From positions 79,392 through 143,391 of the forward strand of contig CAYOCJ010000002.1 in assembly GCA_964402565.1 (NCBI GenBank): a stretch of 64,000 nt of DNA. Reading direction: 5' to 3'. The stretch is from an uncultured Gammaproteobacteria bacterium (GTDB taxonomy: Bacteria; Patescibacteriota; Patescibacteriia; UBA1558; 2-01-FULL-52-15). Positions 60,355-64,000 of this stretch are shown one piece after another. Position numbers and translations under genes: made by a program. The notes under the pieces were generated by a model, which did no database searches, was not told the DNA's origin, and worked only from the letters and a program-made list of their open reading frames with translations. The stretch's first letter is position 1. Each line of letters starts with the position of its first letter.

Positions 60355-62157
60355 ATGAAACATACGCATCATCACAGCGCTATAAGTCCGCTTACACACT
60401 ATGCGGTACTTGCATCGCTGCTTATTTCTAATTTAACGGTTCTTGGCCTTGGTATTTTACTCGCAGGCCCGGTAACCGGAAACTCTCTGGGGTACTTTGC
60501 ATATCTGGACGAAACACATCGCATTTCAAAAGCTTCTGCAGCGACAAAGGCTTCGCTGGATTCGATATCGCTCAGTGTGAAACCATGCAAAACGTTAAGC
60601 GGCAACGCAACTTCAAATTCAATCGATCCTTCTCAAAGAGTTTGCCCTCCTTCAGGTCCGCAGGCACCAGCAGCGCCTTCAAATTTGTCCGGATATTCGA
60701 ATATACCTAATGCAGCTTCGCTCTGGTGGACAGATGAATCAATTAATGAAGTTGGATTTAAGTTAGAACGTGGTACTGGTACTCCCACCACGACACCAAC
60801 TTTTACCTGGAATGAAATAGCTACGCCATCAGCAGATTCGACCAATTACTATGATTTAGGACAGCTGACACCGGGCACAACATATGCATATCGTATTCGA
60901 GCATATAATGGTGCGGGCAACTCAGATTATTCGAATCAAGCGACGGTTTTTACGCCTACCCTGCCTGCAGCTCCGACAAACCTCTATGGAGTAGGTGATA
61001 GTCCGACATCGGTGTTACTACGCTGGACTGATAATTCAAATGACGAAGATTTCTTTTCCATAGATCGCGCCACAGGCACCCCAACTTCTACACCTTTGAT
61101 CTGGGGTCAGATTGCATCAGTTCCCTATAACCCTACATCGAATGCGTCGTATACAGATACGAATTGTGTTCCCGGTGGGCACTATTCATATCGCGTCCGC
61201 GCCTTCAAATACGGAGCAGGGCCATCCGCATATTCGAATGTAGCTTTGGGCGAAGCGTTGCCCTCACCGCTGCCTGCTGCCCCGATGTATGTAAGCGGCG
61301 TGTACAGTGGCGGACCATCCCAGATCACATTGACCTGGAATGACATGTCAACCAATGAAACAGGTTTCCGCGTAGAGCGCGGCACTTCATCAGTGAATTC
61401 AAGCACGCCTACCTCGACGATATCATTCTCATTCCGAGCAAATACTCCTGCGAACTCAACCCCATTTGGCGGGTACACTGATAATGGACCATTTCAGGAA
61501 GGTGTCGCGTATTGGTATCGCGTCAGAGCATTCAATAACAACGGATCGTCAGCTTTTGCTGAACCGACAAGTGTCCCTGTCTATGACAATACTCCGCCTA
61601 CAACGCCCACGAATTTACACGTCACGCAAGCAACATGTTCAGATGTAGCCTTCGCGTGGGATCCTTCTTCCGATGCTCATGGTGTTTGGGGCTATAAAAT
61701 TTATGAAGGAGGATTGTTTGCGCGCAATGTATATAATGCGACACAAGATACATCTCCGGGAGGTTTCTATGCTGTCACGAGCCACATTTATTCAGTAGCT
61801 GCATTTGACTACTATGGCAATCTGTCTGGACAATCGGCATTTCTTACAGCAAATAGGCCGCTCGCATGTGCACCTGTTGCACCGCGTAATACTCGGGTAA
61901 CCAATGTCACGAGTAGCACTATTACATTTACTTGGGATGATTACTCGAATAATGAAACGGTCTTCTATGTAGAACGACAAGTTGATGATAAGCCATATAC
62001 GCAGGTTGATAAGACCCCTGCGAATGTTGCGACCGATACTGATACAGGTTTAGACCCGCAACACCACTATTGCTATATCGTCCGTGCAGCAAATAGTTAC
62101 GGCAATAGCGACTATTCGCAGGAAGCTTGCGCCTGGACAAACACTCAATACAAATAA
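60355..62157 (+). CDS. Fibronectin type III repeat surface protein (~5 FN3)
   Basis: Repeated P.AP.NL..W.D.S.NE.GF..ER..Y.YRVRA.N..G.S.YS. Confidence 0.93.
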   Translation: MKHTHHHSAISPLTHYAVLASLLISNLTVLGLGILLAGPVTGNSLGYFAYLDETHRISKASAATKASLDSISLSVKPCKTLSGNATSNSIDPSQRVCPPSGPQAPAAPSNLSGYSNIPNAASLWWTDESINEVGFKLERGTGTPTTTPTFTWNEIATPSADSTNYYDLGQLTPGTTYAYRIRAYNGAGNSDYSNQATVFTPTLPAAPTNLYGVGDSPTSVLLRWTDNSNDEDFFSIDRATGTPTSTPLIWGQIASVPYNPTSNASYTDTNCVPGGHYSYRVRAFKYGAGPSAYSNVALGEALPSPLPAAPMYVSGVYSGGPSQITLTWNDMSTNETGFRVERGTSSVNSSTPTSTISFSFRANTPANSTPFGGYTDNGPFQEGVAYWYRVRAFNNNGSSAFAEPTSVPVYDNTPPTTPTNLHVTQATCSDVAFAWDPSSDAHGVWGYKIYEGGLFARNVYNATQDTSPGGFYAVTSHIYSVAAFDYYGNLSGQSAFLTANRPLACAPVAPRNTRVTNVTSSTITFTWDDYSNNETVFYVERQVDDKPYTQVDKTPANVATDTDTGLDPQHHYCYIVRAANSYGNSDYSQEACAWTNTQYK

Positions 62158-62181
62158 AAGTTAAAAAACAAAAACAAAAAT

Positions 62182-62559
62182 ATGCATAACACAGACGCAA
62201 AGCATTACCCGACCTACCTGGCATTGGTCATTGGTATGGTCACGTCCTTTTTCCTGGGAACGCTACTGGTCGAAGTGCCGTTCTCGACAGGCTTGAGCTA
62301 TTTTCAGGGGCTGCAGCACGATAATTTGATCGCGCAGCAGATCCGTATGTACGAAAATCGAAATGCAGCTCAAGCAGCAGAAATGAATGATTCAGATGTG
62401 CAGAGAGGCATTGCTTCATGCAGAGCTTCGTATGACAGCTGTGCGCAAGGTTTGAACAAATCCCTCTCGCTCCACACTATCAGCGAAGCTGCCTGGCTTG
62501 CAGGGCAGAGAGGCTGCGCAAAGACTTTAAGTTCCTGCACCGCTGGTCTCGGACAGTAA
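62182..62559 (+). CDS. Small membrane-anchored twin-Cx6C protein
   Basis: TM plus Cx6C-x24-Cx6C; paralog of 59933. Confidence 0.8.
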   Translation: MHNTDAKHYPTYLALVIGMVTSFFLGTLLVEVPFSTGLSYFQGLQHDNLIAQQIRMYENRNAAQAAEMNDSDVQRGIASCRASYDSCAQGLNKSLSLHTISEAAWLAGQRGCAKTLSSCTAGLGQ

Positions 62560-62629
62560 TTCTGATCGACCTCGGGAAAAATAATTACAACAATTGATTC
62601 CTTCACCGCAACTCGGTGATTGGAAGAAG

Positions 62630-62662
62630 ATGAAACCACCTCGCCTAGGCGAGCTGGTTTCA
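62630..62662 (+). terminator. Hairpin ending the WxL operon
   Basis: TGAAACCA-CCTCGCCTAGGCGAGC-TGGTTTCA. Confidence 0.55.
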
Positions 62663-62752
62663 TTTGCGGCAGCGCTGTTTTGTTTTTTCCGGAAATTCTG
62701 TTATACTAGAGCGGTCCTGAAGTGCAGAACATAAGATAAAAATACAGATACA

Positions 62753-64000
62753 ATGCTTGGAGGCGAAATTTTTTCAACATCAAACGTTCGCATGCGCCCA
62801 CTGATTGCAGCTTTCTTTACAGCTGTTTTTTTATTAGCGCCAGCTGGGCACATTTTTGCGCTGTCATCAGGCGGCATCGGCGGCTACCCTGCACACGCTG
62901 ATCCTGGTATTCAATATTCTGACTCGTGGTTCATCTATAACCTTGATCTCGGTGAGAGCAAAGAGGATTCAGTGCTGCTGACGAATCATTCTGACGCCAC
63001 AGAAACACTGAAGCTCTATGCGGTCGATTCGGTTGCAACGGGCGACGGTAATTTTTCTCTCAAAGGTGAGAAAGATCCGCGCACGGGCATCGGCGCATGG
63101 ATCCAGTTAAGCCAGAGTTCGGTGACGTTAGCTCCCGGCGAAGAGCGAGAGCTTCCATTTGTGATCACTATTCCTGAAAGCACAGATGTCGGAGAGCACT
63201 CAGGAGGCATTATCTTGGAGAAAACCCAGGCCGGTACAGCTGCCATCGGACAGAATAGCGCTTCGATCATAACGCGCGTCGGCATTCGGGTATATGAGAC
63301 CGTTCCTGGTGAATTGATCCGTAAAGTAGAGCCTGCTGATTTCAAGGTGACCCGGGAAGTAGGGAATAATAAGAAGCCGGTATACCGGATCGAACTTTCC
63401 GCGCTCAATAAAAGCAATGTTTCGCTGAAAGCGCATGCGACAGTACATATCACCGGCTGGGGCAGAACAAAATATTTTCCAAAATCACATTTCAAAGACG
63501 GATTTAATTTTGATTACTCAGATCTTTATTCTTCATTTCAGGGAGACGAGTTGAATGGCGACTGGCAGCTGCTGCGTGACCAGCAAGTATCAACGAGCTG
63601 GGAATGGCCCGAACCGGCTTTTGGCCACTATGCATTCAAGGCAGATATCACGTATGACGGTACGAATGGGCCTGAAACATTTTCAACAGAATCAGTTTCA
63701 ATAACGGTCATTCCATGGATGCTCCTGATCGTTCTGTCGCTGCTTGTATTGCTCTTCATTGCCTACCTCTTCTGGCATCAGTATCGCATGAGCGGCCGCG
63801 GTTGGAAGAGCTATGCAGTGAAAGCGGGCGAGCAGCTTCCGGATATTGCAAATAGCATCGGTGTTAGCTGGAAGCGGCTTGCAGCGGTCAATAAGATCAA
63901 AGCGCCGTATCTTATTAAAACCGGTCAGTCCATTTTGGTGCCTGGTGCTGCATCTGTTCCTGCCCAAACTCCAAAAGCCCAAGTTGAAGCTGCTCCTGTA
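62753..64000 (+). CDS. DUF916 (WxL-interacting) protein with C-terminal TM and LysM (runs off the window)
   Basis: Manual translation: signal peptide, SWFIYNL..G...D...L.N.S, LYAVD, GIGAWI.L, V.LAPGE, F.I.IP....GEHSGGI, RVGIRVY; then IPW-TM and Y.VK.GE.L..IA...GVSWK.LA.VN.I..PY.I..GQ.I.VP. Confidence 0.9.
   Translation, partial: MLGGEIFSTSNVRMRPLIAAFFTAVFLLAPAGHIFALSSGGIGGYPAHADPGIQYSDSWFIYNLDLGESKEDSVLLTNHSDATETLKLYAVDSVATGDGNFSLKGEKDPRTGIGAWIQLSQSSVTLAPGEERELPFVITIPESTDVGEHSGGIILEKTQAGTAAIGQNSASIITRVGIRVYETVPGELIRKVEPADFKVTREVGNNKKPVYRIELSALNKSNVSLKAHATVHITGWGRTKYFPKSHFKDGFNFDYSDLYSSFQGDELNGDWQLLRDQQVSTSWEWPEPAFGHYAFKADITYDGTNGPETFSTESVSITVIPWMLLIVLSLLVLLFIAYLFWHQYRMSGRGWKSYAVKAGEQLPDIANSIGVSWKRLAAVNKIKAPYLIKTGQSILVPGAASVPAQTPKAQVEAAPV

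Overview
64 kb of a small-genome bacterium using the standard genetic code. It is most likely Patescibacteria/CPR; this is inferred from seven dispersed type IV pilin-like genes plus pilT, a 23S-5S unit with no linked 16S, many orphan genes and scattered salvage/fermentative metabolism. The window holds 10 intact tRNAs, 23S and 5S rRNA, three K+ transporters (2x Kup, KimA-like), PIN-PhoH, glmS, EndoQ, MurE/MurF-like, rplS, cmk, RluA, a cobalamin adenosyltransferase with class II RNR (nrdJ, tandem NrdR boxes), purD, NUDIX/MazG-like/Rcl-like enzymes, aquaporin, SOD and a 2-oxoacid:ferredoxin oxidoreductase. The best candidate for an undescribed system is at 56.7-64 kb: a WxL/DUF916 cell-surface cluster whose first WxL subunit is fused behind a MerR/BldC-like DNA-binding HTH. 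It is preceded by four GCTAAnnTTAGC-type operator-like sites and contains a duplicated [large surface protein + small twin-Cx6C protein] module. Other notable signals are duplicated tRNA fragments split cleanly by ~20-nt palindromes, two coexisting gene-expression regimes (leaderless TATACT-N6-ATG versus SD-led genes often with TAAGGT promoters), look-alike expression cassettes interleaved with pilins, and several unannotated small proteins. All calls come from reading motifs by eye; no searches were run.
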